Shown here: positions 43,070 through 54,915 of the stretch, piece by piece
Layout: the number at the start of each line of letters is the position of its first letter
Position numbering within the stretch: position 1 is the stretch's first letter
NCBI RefSeq assembly: GCF_009914755.1
Contig: NC_060944.1
Origin: the human T2T-CHM13v2.0 reference genome, Homo sapiens
Length of the DNA: 64,000 nt
Reading direction: 5' to 3' (one strand)
Notes under the pieces: generated by a model
Seen by the model: the letters and a program-made list of their open reading frames with translations, nothing else
The model's database searches: none
What the model was told of the DNA's origin: nothing
Position numbers and translations under genes: made by a program

Positions 43070-44660
43070 GTATGATGCTTGTGCTCTAAGTAATTCGGGC
43101 AAGAGTGACACCACTGCCTGCCTATCAGCACTTGCAAAGAAAAACCAATTACTGTCAGCCCCCTTCAAAAAAATGTATCTGCTAAAATTGCTTGATGACA
43201 TGGAAATCCACACTGAGGTGCTTATACCCAGGGGCAACCAAGTCTCCCCTGCAGCTGGGGCCTATAACCATATTTCCTTCATTTCACAAAAATCAAAAGT
43301 TTAGGAACCACGAGGAAGGAGCAAGAATAAACACCACTACAAACCTCAAACCAACAGCGCTGAGAGATTACAGCAGCCTCACCCTGCCATTTGGGGCTAG
43401 AGACTGCTCACATTTATTCTGTGGTCAGCGTCCATTGGAAAGCAACGCAGCACACACCACGGCTGTGTTTGAGCTGATATTCACTAACACTGAACTAACT
43501 GCATTCCAATCCAAAGACTTCGCAAGTGCCCTCTTTCTTAACTGGGAATCTGGCAGAATGTTATATTTAAATATCAAACGTTGTTAATCATGTCAGCGGT
43601 ACTTTAGTTTGGATAAAATGTCTTTCCTATTGTAGCTAATTGCTTGAATATCTGCAGACTGATATACTCTTTGTAGACATTTATGCTGTCCTCTTTTTAT
43701 AACTTTATTTCATTTTCTCTTCATTTCTGGTGTTGACTCAAAGGGCCTTTATCACCTCATGCTGATAATCTGTGCTTTATGGCCGCTGGTGTGATTGGGA
43801 GCAGTTGAAGCCGCGTGCAATAATACACACATATAAATATTTGAACAGGAAAAAGAAGGTCTGTCTGATGTAGACCAAGGAAGAAATGCATTTAAACAAA
43901 TAATGCCACTAGAGGGACCTTGACTCTGAACCACGAATAGGCAGGGTCAGACTTGGAAGGGCACCCTCTCATTGCCCGGCTTGTACGGGTGGGCGCTAGT
44001 GCCACGGCCCATTTTAAAAAGCAGGTTCTTCCAGGCCCCATGGCACAGGGAGCCGAGCTGGGTCCATGCCAGCAGGCTTATGACGTCATTGTTGTAGCTT
44101 GCTTATTTGGTCAGGATCACTAAAATAATTCCCTTTGAGAAGAATAAATTTGCTCTTGCAGAAAGTTAAAGACCTGAGAGGTTTTAATTAGTTTACCCTG
44201 CCCTCGCCTTTGGTCGCCAAACGTTATTGCAGAGTTCAAAGAACATGATGTTGTGTGTCTCCCTTTCCCATTTTTGCGTGGGGGCCTTTTCCCCCTTTTT
44301 AGCACCTCCTGTGAATAGTTGAAAATGAGTGGCAAAATGACATTCGACTTAGAAAGTAAGAGCACCAGGAAGCAAAACTGGAGGCAAACACAGCAGCTAA
44401 TTTCACCAGGCATAGCTGGTGCTGTCCGCGGTTGTCCCTGACAGCGCGGCCGACACAGAACCACCTGTGTTTGCTCACTAGCTTTCCCCAATCTGCGAGA
44501 AAATGGCCCGGGCCGGTCACATGGCAGCCAGATAGGCCAGGCACCATGGGAATACAAAAGCCGGAGCTTTTAGCAGAGTTAATCATTAATGCGCCTTTTC
44601 TTTGTCCCATTCAGGAGTGCTGACAGGGCTTTGATAGCCTGTATTTGCCATCAGCCGGCT
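43070..44660. promoter_or_regulatory. Candidate multi-module regulatory region
   Basis: No repeat recognised and CpGs are retained. Motifs: CTCF-like CCACTAGAGGGA (43906), palindromic CRE ATGACGTCAT (44080-44089), RE1 right-half GGTGCTGTCC (44418) and several TGACAG/TAAT sites. Confidence 0.5.
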
Positions 44661-45227
44661 GCAGTCCTAGCCAGGTACTAATGAGACCCCTGGCTCCAGG
44701 CTCCCTGGCAGAGCCCAGAGCCCAGCCTGGACCCAGGTGCTGCCATCAACCTGAAGCCTGCCTGCCCCCTGAGCTCCCTCCTGCTGCCCGCTGTGCCCCC
44801 ACTCCTTAGGCCTTGTTCTGGTTGATCACCCACCTGCCTGGAATCCTGCACGTTTCTGCAAAGCATCTGCCTGAGTTCAGCGAAGCAAGGCTAGGAAATG
44901 TGTGATTATAAAGCCCATAATCCTCTCTTCCCCTGTGTCATCCTTCCCCCAGCTAGGAAAAAAAAAAAAAAAATTAGAAAGCTAAGCTGAATTTTTTTTT
45001 TGTTTGTTTGGATGTGTACCAAGGATGGATTGTTTTGCCCTAACATCAGTGGGGTGTTTTCTTTCCAAAACTTAGCTTAGAGAGTCACCCACGGGTATAT
45101 TCTAATATTTCCACTCAGCAAGTAAAATGCAGGTGTCCCTGACAGCAATTTTTTTAAATAGAAAACCTCACCTTAACATCCTTAATGGTAAGTAGCTTGT
45201 GTGTCAACATGACTGGAGCTAGGGTGA

Positions 45228-45530
<303 letters not shown>

Positions 45531-46189
45531 TTCGGTTCTTTTATTTGAAATCACCACCCTCCCAAGAACGAGATATCCCAACCTTCTGATTTTATGCTTG
45601 GCCTCCAGCGTGCTCAAAATGTTCTTCAGATTTGTGCTACCATCTTACCACTAGCCTTCTCAAAAACATAAACCACAAATGCACCATTGTCCTTTAAGAG
45701 TAGTTGAAAACAAGCAAATCAGCATCTTTGAAACCTGGCTTAATAAAGAATAGAGATTTTAAAGTTTGAGGGAATTAAAGAGCAGAGATTTTTTTCTAGG
45801 AACTGTACACATGAAAATTTTGCTGATGGCTGCTGATGATATATAAAGGCATTGCCAGTAAACGTATTACACTAAATGCATGGTACTGCCAATGGTTCTC
45901 ATATCTCCCTTTCTCCAGCGTCAAAATACCTTTAAAGATCATATCCAATTGATCTTTACAACATCTAGGGCATATTGGATGATGTCAAATTGTATTGCTA
46001 TCTTTTTTTTTTTTTTTTAGCAAATGAGGAAGCAAAAGTTGACTTGGAAGTGAAACAACAGACGGATCAATAGATCCCAGAAGGATGTGATTGTGTGGCC
46101 ACTATTTCGGGATGGAGTGACAGCTTGCCATTGCATGCTACTTCATGCACCTTGTGGCCTGGTTTCATTCTTAAGGAAATTGTCCATCC

Positions 46190-46440
46190 TCCCTCAATTT
46201 TACTGGGCACCTTCTATGTACTGCAGAGCACTTGGCTCTAGAGGGAGCAAAGACAGATGTAATATGGTTCCTGCCACTGAGAAGCAGTTCAGAAGGCACA
46301 ACATGTACTACAAAAAAACACAGCTCAGGGAGAGAAAGTGTATGGCATTTCACTGCTGTATGAAGAAATGCCTAAGTACTTTCATCCTGGCAGAGGTTAG
46401 CCCCAGATCTGAAAACTCTCCAGAGGAAGGAAAAGCTGAT
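46190..46440 (-). mobile_element. L2 fragment
   Basis: 'tttactgggcaccttctatgtact...atatggttcctgccactgagaagc'. Confidence 0.5.
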
Positions 46441-46676
46441 GATTTCAGAGGTCCTGGATGTTAGAATGTGGAAGGCACCCAATTCAAATAATGTTATCAG
46501 TTTTAACATAATGAGCAGCTCCATAGTGTCATCGGCTTTTATTTTTTTAAATGCTCTTCATACAGGTAGCATGAACACAGTTTATAACCTCTCTATTCCA
46601 TTTGATCACAAGCTCTTCAACCACAGATTTGTACATAAGGTTAGAGTTGACTCTACTTTTTAAAAATTCCATCTTT

Positions 46677-47023
46677 GAAGTAGAATGATAGTTACCAAAG
46701 GTTGGAAAATGGGAGTGGGGGAGTGGGAAAGGGGAGATGGTCAATGGGTACAAAAATATAGTTAGAATGAATCAGAGCTGGTATGTGATAGCACCGTAGG
46801 ATGAGTACAGTCAACAATAATTTATTGTGCATTTAAAAATAACTAAAAGAGCATAATTTGATTGTTTATGATGCAAAGAAAGGATAAATGCTTGTGGTGA
46901 TAGATATCCCATTTACCCTGCTATGATTATGACACATTGTATGCCTGTATAAAAATGTCTCATGTATCCCATAAATATATACTCCTACTATGTACTGGCA
47001 AAATTTAAAAAATTAAAAAAAAA
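46677..47023 (+). mobile_element. L1MA-type 3'UTR fragment with A tail
   Basis: 'agaatgatagttacca...aatgggtacaaaaatatagttag...acagtcaacaataatttattgt...aaggataaatgcttg...cccataaatatatac'. Confidence 0.9.
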
Positions 47024-47382
47024 ATCTTTCTTTGTTCCTCCACCACATGCAGTTGGTCTAAAATACAACCTTTGGCTTTGAAGGAGGCAAAGCTCTTGAC
47101 TAAGCATGCATTCAATTAAATGTATTTCAATGTGCCCAAAGAAGATAAAATAGAATATTATTTTGTTATTTGGGGGGCAAAGTGATCTGAATCTCTCATT
47201 GGGATAATCAGCAATTAAATGGCTATATGAGCCACATAATGCAAGTCAAGTTAACATATTGATAGTGAAGTATTGATATTAATTCATATGGACATTCTCC
47301 TATAATTGTTAAAGTGGATTGAATCAAAAGAGAAAGAGGGATGTGTAGTGTGCATAGTCTCATTTTCTGGGAAAATAATGGA

Positions 47383-47790
47383 TATCTTAGTTTAACACCC
47401 CCTAAGTCAAGAATTTGAGTGCAAATTGTTTATGTGGAAGGTGATCCCAGGAAACGTGGCAATGGAGAGGAGAGAGGAGAGAAAACAATCACTGACAGGT
47501 GTGTGTGATCAGTTCATCGCTGTGGGAGACGGGAGCTCGGCCCTGCAGGGAACCCAGTGAGAAACTGTGCAAAGCCCACTCCAAGATTGTCCACGAGCAA
47601 AAGGGAAGCTGGGTTATTTGCCCACCAACTCCTGTCCTTCATTGATTGAGGATGCTTCCTGGATGTGTCAACTCTCCACCACTCTGGCCACCCCAGCCAC
47701 TGGGGCATACACTCTCCCCACAGGATGTATTCCATACGTAGGGAGATGTCTGCAGGTGACCTCTGATGGGCCAACGGAATATGACCAATG
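47383..47790 (-). mobile_element. ERVL solo LTR, LTR16A-like
   Basis: 'caagaatttgagtgcaaattgtttatgtggaaggtgatcccaggaaac...gaagctgggttatttgcccaccaactcctgtc' is the reverse complement of LTR16A. Confidence 0.75.
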
Positions 47791-48316
47791 CTTCATCACA
47801 AACTTCACTGAAGGGGAAGCAGAGGGCAGAGAAATGAAGCTAGCACTGGGGCCAATTGAAGTCTACACAGTGTATAAGCAGAGCCCTTGGCCCTCTAAAT
47901 ATAAGGGGAAAAAAGATGCTGCTTCTTGGATAAACCACAGTTATTTCCGGTGCCTTCTGTTTGCAATATAAGGATGCTATCGAATGGAGAGACGGGCTCC
48001 GCAAAACTCAGGCTGCAGATGCCCAGTGGGTTTACCTTAAAAGCACAAGAAAGCCATCATCAGCTCTCGGATGTTGCACCTCAAAGGGTTTGCATGTTCC
48101 CCCGTGTGGACACTCATCTTCCCAATATCCCAGGAGCTTGGTTGGCTTGGCTGTGGTCATATGGGAATGAATAACCAGGAAGTGAAATTCATGTGTTTAT
48201 TTATTCATGGTGGTAGCCCACCTAAAGTGCTAATTCTTAAAGCCTCTTTGCACAAAGTCAGTTTTGTAAGTTCCATTCAACTCATCCATGCCCCCGTAGC
48301 AAGGGAAGCCTCAGGT

Positions 48317-48515
48317 CACTGGTTTTCAGAGTGTCTTAGGAGATGATGATACCTGCACCAGCAGCACCAACATTCCCTAGGAACTTGTTAGTAAGGCATA
48401 TGGTCAGGTCCACCCCCGACCTTCTCATTCGGAAACTCCTGCAGTGGGCCTTGGACTCTATTTCCACAAGCCCTCTGGGAGATGCTGAGGGCTGCTAAGA
48501 CCTAAGAATGCCTGG
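48317..48515 (+). mobile_element. MER5A-like MITE
   Basis: 'cactggttttcagagtgt...accagcagcaccaacatt...gaacttgttag...acaagccctctgggagatgctga'. Confidence 0.7.
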
Positions 48516-49263
48516 TGTTCCAGGGGACCCCACTTTAAGGCCCTCTGCCTCCTCTGCTTCCCCACTGTTCTCAGTTCTGTACATTTTTTACCATATTCAT
48601 GAGATGTAGATGGTATTAATGTTAAAATACCATATCGAGTTAATAACAGCTTTTCAGAATGGAATGGGGAATTATCTTACATCTCAAATGAAAAAAATTA
48701 TAAAAATATAAAATACAGGCATCTGGAAAACACAGAAACACAGGCATTTGAGATGCCCCATACCTGACTCTAACAACACTGAGGCTTTTGAAATGGAGAT
48801 TCCTTCTCTGTCTCACAGGAAGGTATTTCTTTTCCGGTATCCTCTCTGAACCAATCTGGAGCATGAGAGCAGAGCAGAGTGAAGAGAGCTGTTCCTACCA
48901 TGGAGTGGCATAGAACTGCAGGGAGTCCAGTGTTCTCAGCATGATAAGGAGGGGATGCTGGGAAAAGTGCAGGCCCTCCAACTCACCAGGCCACCTGCAA
49001 GCTGTGCCTGCCTGCACTGCACAGGCCCATGCACCTCTCAAGGGGCGAATGCTCACCCCTGGGTTTTAGAAAGGTGTCTGTCTACACAATGGCTTTAAAT
49101 ACAAACCAGATGCTTCTCCTGCTGCTCAAGTTCAGCTGAGTAGCCATTTATCCACCCTGGCTCTGAAAGTAACACAGGCTCCTTGGATCCACGGAGAACA
49201 GCAATGTTAGTCTCTGTGGGGCCCTTTTAATGGAAATTTTAAGGACAAATTTGACAACACAGG

Positions 49264-49520
49264 TGTTGTAGGTTGGGTTCCTTAAGAAGGAGACATTGAG
49301 GTGGAACCAAGCAAGGTCTTTATTTGGGAGGGGAATGGATCTACACCTATGAGAGGGAAGAGAAAGAAAAGGATGAGCCCTAGCGGGCACCATGGGGAGT
49401 TCTGGACCTGGATTGACCTTTAGGGTTGTTCTCATTTGGGGTAAGGAGGCCAAGCCTTTATACCTCAGTGTTGCTCAGGGACTGGGCATGAGATGACCCT
49501 GGAGGGATGAACCAGTACCC
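49264..49520 (-). mobile_element. ERVL solo LTR, LTR33-like
   Basis: 'tgttgtaggttgggttcctt...gacattgaggtgga...tttattt...ggggagttctgga...ccttta...ggccaagcctttatacc'. Confidence 0.7.
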
Positions 49521-49969
49521 AGCACAATGGAGTTGCCTTGTCTGTGGACTTTGAGACGAACTCTGACAGAACAGGGGCCCCTTACCTCAGTATTGTGATC
49601 TCCAGTTATGATTTTGAACAGGCTATGAAAAAATTATCTGATTTTCTATTCTTATTGAAAAAAAAGTCAGCAGAAAAGACTTTAGCTTAAAAAAAAGCAC
49701 AAATTATGCTTTTGTGTCTTTTGTTGTAGTTACTTTCTCCACAAAAAGACTTATTTTTTAGGGATACTAATTTTCTACCCCAGCAGTCAAATGGAGGAGA
49801 AATTCTCATTCCTATCTTACTCTGTTGATAGAACAGTACTTCAGACTGAAGACACACATTATGGATAATTTCAGGCCATATCCAGATGTGAAAGTTAATC
49901 TGGGATGGGCTTGAGGGGTATTTGTTAGCCATTTAGGACCCCTATAGTCAACCTAAAAATATTAACCCA

Positions 49970-50645
49970 TTCATATCAACACCAAAGTGCAAACAGCCTA
50001 GGTGTGCATCAACAGGTAAAGGGAGAAACTGTGGTTGCTCCCCTCCATACAATGGTAAACTAGGCAGCAATGAAAAAGAATGAGCATAAGATATATACAG
50101 CCATATGGATGAATCTCAAAAGCACACTGAATGAAAGTAACCAGACTCACAGACTGCATAGTGTATGATTCCATTTATGTAAATTTCTAAAACAGAGAAA
50201 ACTCATCTATGGTGGAAAATTAAAGAATAGTTTTCCTCAGAAAGGGGAGTGCACAAGAAGACCGACTGTGAAGAGGCAGGACCAAACTTTCTGGGGTGAT
50301 AGAAATCCTCTATTGTGACAAGAATTTGGGTTAAACAGGTGTCTACATTTGTCAAAACTCAGCAAATAGTTAATGTAAGGTTAGCGCATTTTGCTGTATG
50401 TAAGTTTTAACTTAAAAATGGAAACAAATTTTAACTCTAGTTAATAATAAAGTACATGCTGAATTGTTTAGGGATGACATGCACAGATGTGTACAACTTC
50501 CTCTGAAATGCATCAGAAAGGAAGATGGATGGGTAGAGGGATGTGTCAGAAAGGAAGTGTGGGGGGATGTTAACGATTATCAGGGTTATGAGTGATCACT
50601 GAATAATTCATTCAACTTTCTTGTGTTTGAAATGTTTCATAATAT
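49970..50645 (+). mobile_element. L1MC4/5-like 3' fragment
   Basis: 'atggatgaatctcaaaagca...tgtatgattccatttat...ttctggggtgatagaaat...catttgtcaaaactcagc...tttgaaatgtttcataata'. Confidence 0.85.
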
Positions 50646-50788
50646 AGTGCCAGGGAAACATCATTCAAGATAAATTTACCCCCTTCCAATCCTGAGCTAC
50701 CCTCTCCCACTTGGTGATCACAGCCCCTGAGTGTTGACGGCCAAAAGACTTCTCTTCCACACAAGGCTCTTTGAAGGCTATTACATAA

Positions 50789-50844
50789 GTGAAGGGAGAA
50801 TTTCATGAATATTTTGGTGAAAGGAGAATTTCATGAATATTTTG
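50789..50844. repeat. 28-bp tandem duplication
   Basis: GTGAAGGGAGAATTTCATGAATATTTTG followed by GTGAAAGGAGAATTTCATGAATATTTTG (1 mismatch). Confidence 0.95.
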
Positions 50845-51549
50845 GAAGTATATAATAAAATGACATGTTTGGTTTGCACCACAGTCAAGTTTTCCATCTG
50901 TTTTGAATGTGTTGTGTTACTCCCTCAATCTCGATTGTTGGGAGACCCAATACAGACAGTGAGGTTCTTCCCTAACATCTGGGCACGTAGCGTGTTCACC
51001 CCTCTGCTTGCAGTGATGAGAATGCTTAGTGGACTATGTTCTATGTCTGTGTTCCATGATCTGAATAAAACATGGACTATGTTCCATGTTCTGAATTGAA
51101 ACAATCCTTGTTGTTCTAAATGAGTGGCCAAGAAACTGGCTCATTCTACAGTACAGGCTCTATGGAATGACCTCAAAGTTGCTCACTGTTTAGCCCCAGT
51201 GGTAACTTATCGGACATCTCCATTCTTCAGTTCTATGAGATGGTGGTTTGAACACATACTTGACAACAGCTTCCACTGTGGACCAGGGAGTGGAGCCCAG
51301 GAGCCAAGGGCCTGGAGAAACAAAGGAACCTGCACCCAGTATCGCAGAACTGGCGCTAGTTCGTTGGTTGCCAGAGATGCTGTAGGAGTAAATTCTGGGG
51401 GATACTCATCGGGGCAAGTGATTTTAGAGTAAGATCAGGGCTAGGAATGCCTTAAATACAGATTTATAAAAGCAAAAAGGAAAGAGAAGAGAAAACAGAG
51501 ATCTCAGCATCTTTGGAAAGCTCAACAGGGAAGAATGGAGAAGAGAGTA

Positions 51550-52029
51550 ATAGCCAGCTATCCCAGCACAATTTATTGAATAGTGAGAGCTTTCCCCATT
51601 GCTTGATTTCATTGACTTAGTCAAAGATCAGATGGTTGTAGGTGGAAGCTTTATTTCTGAGTTTTCTGTTCTATTCCATGTGTCTGCCTTTGTACTGGTA
51701 CCATGCTGTTTTGGTTACCTAGCCTTATAGCACAGTTTGAAGTCCAGTAGTGTGATGCCTTCGGTTTTGTTCTTCCGGTTTAGGGTTGCTTTGGCTATCT
51801 GGACTATTTTTTTTTTGTTTCATATGAATTTTAGAATAGTTTTTTTTTCTAATTCTGTGACAAAGGACATCTGTAGTTTGATAGGAATAGTGTTGAATCT
51901 GTAAATTGCTTTGGGCAGTATGGCCATTTTAATTATATTGATTCCTCCAACCCATGAGGATGGAATGTTTTTCTATATTTGTGTCATCTAGGATTTCTTT
52001 CATCAATGTTTTGTAGTTCTCCTTGTAGA
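51550..52029 (-). mobile_element. L1 ORF2 segment, inverted
   Basis: Reverse complement of ORF2 from the 'tctacaaggagaac' region to the 'tgctgggatagctggcta' (W.NWLA) region. Confidence 0.92.
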
Positions 52030-52599
52030 ACTAAAACAGAGCCGCCATTCAACCCAGCAATCCCATTACTAGGTATATACCCAAAGGAAAGTAAATTATT
52101 CTACCAAAGAGATACATGCATGTGCATATTCATTGCCATACTATTTACAATGGCAAAGACATGGAATTAACCCAGATGCCCACCAATGCTGTACTAGATA
52201 AAGAAAACGTAGTAATATACACCATGGAATACTACACAGCCATAAAAAAGAATGAAATCATGCCCTTTGCAGCAACATGGATGTATATGGAGGCCATAAT
52301 CCTAAAACATTAATGCAGGAACTGAAAACCAAATACCAAATACCACACGTTCTCACTTATCAGCAGGAGCTAAACATTGGGCACACATAGACATAAATAT
52401 GGGAAGAAGAGACACTGTGGACTATGAAGTGGGGAGGGTGGGAAGGGAGCAGATTTGAGAAACAACCTACTGGGGGCTATGCTCACTATGTGAGCGATGG
52501 GATCTATACCCCAAACCTCAGCAACATCCAATATACCTATGTAACAGACATGCACATGTATCTCCAGGTATCTAAAGTAAAAGTTGAATTAAAAAAAAA
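52027..52599 (+). mobile_element. L1 3' end (L1PA16/L1PB-like) with A tail
   Basis: ORF2 C-terminal remnant PFNPAIPLLGIYPKE, and a 3'UTR 'ccccaaacctcagca...tctaaagtaaaagttgaattaaaaaaaa'. Confidence 0.93.
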
Positions 52600-52784
52600 T
52601 ATGTATATGAAAGTTTCTTGTAAATTATAAAGAAACTTTTAATCTATTCTACGATTTTTAGTTTTTTAATGAACACAGAGTGATGATTCTGTTTAGAATG
52701 ATAAGGAATGAATATTCTAACCATTGTAATAAAATGAATTCCAGAGTGAGGAAAAGAAAGCAAAACTGCAGATAAAAGGAGACT

Positions 52785-52920
52785 ATTGTATTTATTAAGC
52801 TCTTATTGGTGCCAAGCACTACTTTACAAACTGTATATTGAATTCTTAATGTTCACAAAAACTCTATAAAATAAGAGTTATGATTGCCTTCATTTGACAG
52901 AAACTGAGGCTCACAGAGAC
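52785..52920 (-). mobile_element. MIR
   Basis: 'tatttattaagctcttattggtgccaagcact...catttgacagaaactgaggctcacagag'. Confidence 0.7.
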
Positions 52921-52999
52921 TAGAACACCATCACAGAGCCACCATTCGAGTTGAGAGGAGGGTAAGTCCTCCAGGCCACCCCACACATCAGCTCTGCAG

Positions 53000-53135
53000 A
53001 CCTCTCTGAGCCTCAGCTCCTCATCCGGACAGCGGTGCTCATGACAGCAGCTGAACAGGGGTGCTGTGAGGATTCAGTGAGATTAGGTGATGGATGAGAA
53101 TGTGTTTTGGAAAGTCTCTATTATCATTATTTTAC
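53000..53135 (+). mobile_element. MIR
   Basis: 'cctctctgagcctcagctcctcatc...ggtgctgtgaggattcagtgagat'. Confidence 0.7.
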
Positions 53136-54771
53136 CCATCTGTCCTAGAGAAGAGAGATTGCTCTTTCACCGGCTGATAGAGTGTCACCCACACGAGCTG
53201 GCAGAAGTGCTCTCTGCCAAAGGGCATGCTGGATGGAGTGGCAGTGCAGCCTCAGACTCTCTCGCTGGCATGAGCGATGGTTCTACAGGCAGATGGTGCT
53301 GGGAATGAATTGCTGAGAGGGTCTGCCAGAAACAGCTGCCTGCAAACACAGTCCCCCTCCCAGCTGGTCTTCTAGACACACGTGTTCCCTTAGCTGCAGG
53401 AAGTACCAATGATGATGCTTCACAACCTTGCTCACGTTCAGAGTGAGGTCGCTCTGGGTAATGTGATGGGCCACCACCCTCTTGATTACAGCAGCTGCCT
53501 CTCCCACGTGCCTCTTTGTCCTCACTTAGAAAGTGGGTGGTGTGCATAGGGACAAGGGACAACACGGGTTGCTTGGGGCACACCTGCTTCAGAGCTTGTT
53601 TGCAGACCTCCTCATCCCCACCTCCACCAGGGATCAGGAGTGCTGTGTGCTCAGCAGATGTTTTGCCAATGCCGTTTTCACAGGCAATGCTTTTTTCTTT
53701 CCTTTTAAAATGTAATATATTGAGGACCCCCAAACAGCTGTCTGATGGGTTCCTTGTCTATTAGAGCACATTTCCTCTGCAAACAACAGCTTGCATCTGG
53801 AGCTGCCCTCAGACCTGATACCCTCCCACCACGCCCCATACCTTGATTCCTCCCTTGCCAAAAGTTTTCCCAGAAGAGCAACACAGGAAATAAAGTTGAA
53901 GACGCATTGCTGATGGTGACCAAGTTCTGCAGCCTCTTGTAGCACTGGGGCGAACTTCATGAAGCCCCGGCTGACCCAGTGGGGAGCCTCTGCTTTTCCC
54001 ACCACAAAGTGATCCTGGCGCCTGAGCATCATCCTTGTGCCACTGAACGAAAGTGAGAGAAATTCTAGGAAACTGGAGCCACCCTCTGCAGCTCGGGTGG
54101 CCTCGCTTTAACATCTTTGTCCTGTGCCTATAGTTGTCCTTAATACCCACCACACTCTGCTTGTCTCTCAAGGTTTGGCATGAAAATGTTTCCTCTGCAA
54201 GGGGTCAGAGGGGTTAGTAGGGTGAGACAGCACAGGATACCCAGACAGGGAAGAAGAGGAGGACTGTAGAGAAGCTGAGAAGGTACGGAGACAGGATGGC
54301 CAGGGGCTCCAAACCATTCACTTCACAATTGGACCAACTCTTTTTATATCATCCATGAAATGGCTTCCATTTGCCTCCTGTGCCATGGAACCTTCTCTCC
54401 GTTCCCTTTTCAGAGTCTTCTCTCCATCACTAACCATCACACTTGGAGCCTGGACCTCGATGCTCCCTACTTAGGGTCCATCATCCCAAGAGGCTAGGAC
54501 TCAGGCCCCACCAGCCTTGGCTATTGGCTTGAGCTTGAGGGCTTGGGCTCAAGACAATCAACTCAGTCCAAGGTCAGCTTTCTTTCACTTGCATGAATGC
54601 TATCATTTTCTATTTTGCAATGGGAATTGTGAGAAAAATGTGAGCAAGACTGTAATAATGCATGCTCAACAGAGGAAAGCCAATTCCAAGCTCATGCTCT
54701 ATAAATGGGGAGACTATATTGTTGTTTTAGTATACACCAGACAGAACACAGCAATTGATGTCATGTTTTAC

Positions 54772-54915
54772 CTGGTGGAGCACTGGGCTTTGAGTCAGGA
54801 CACATTGGTTTGAGTTCCAGCTTTGCTGGCAGCCAGCTGTGTGTCTTGGGAAAGTCCCTGGCCTTTTCTCTTTAACTAAAACATAATAGGCATGATCATC
54901 AAGGCCACCTACTTA
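54772..54915 (+). mobile_element. MIR
   Basis: 'gagcactgggctttgagtcagg...ggtttgagttccagctttgc...agctgtgtgtcttgggaaagtc'. Confidence 0.7.

Noticed and set aside
53185-54171. Overlapping 120-182 aa minus-strand ORFs
   Set aside because: No recognisable domain and no exon structure. Such lengths arise by chance in GC-richer sequence when alternative starts are allowed.
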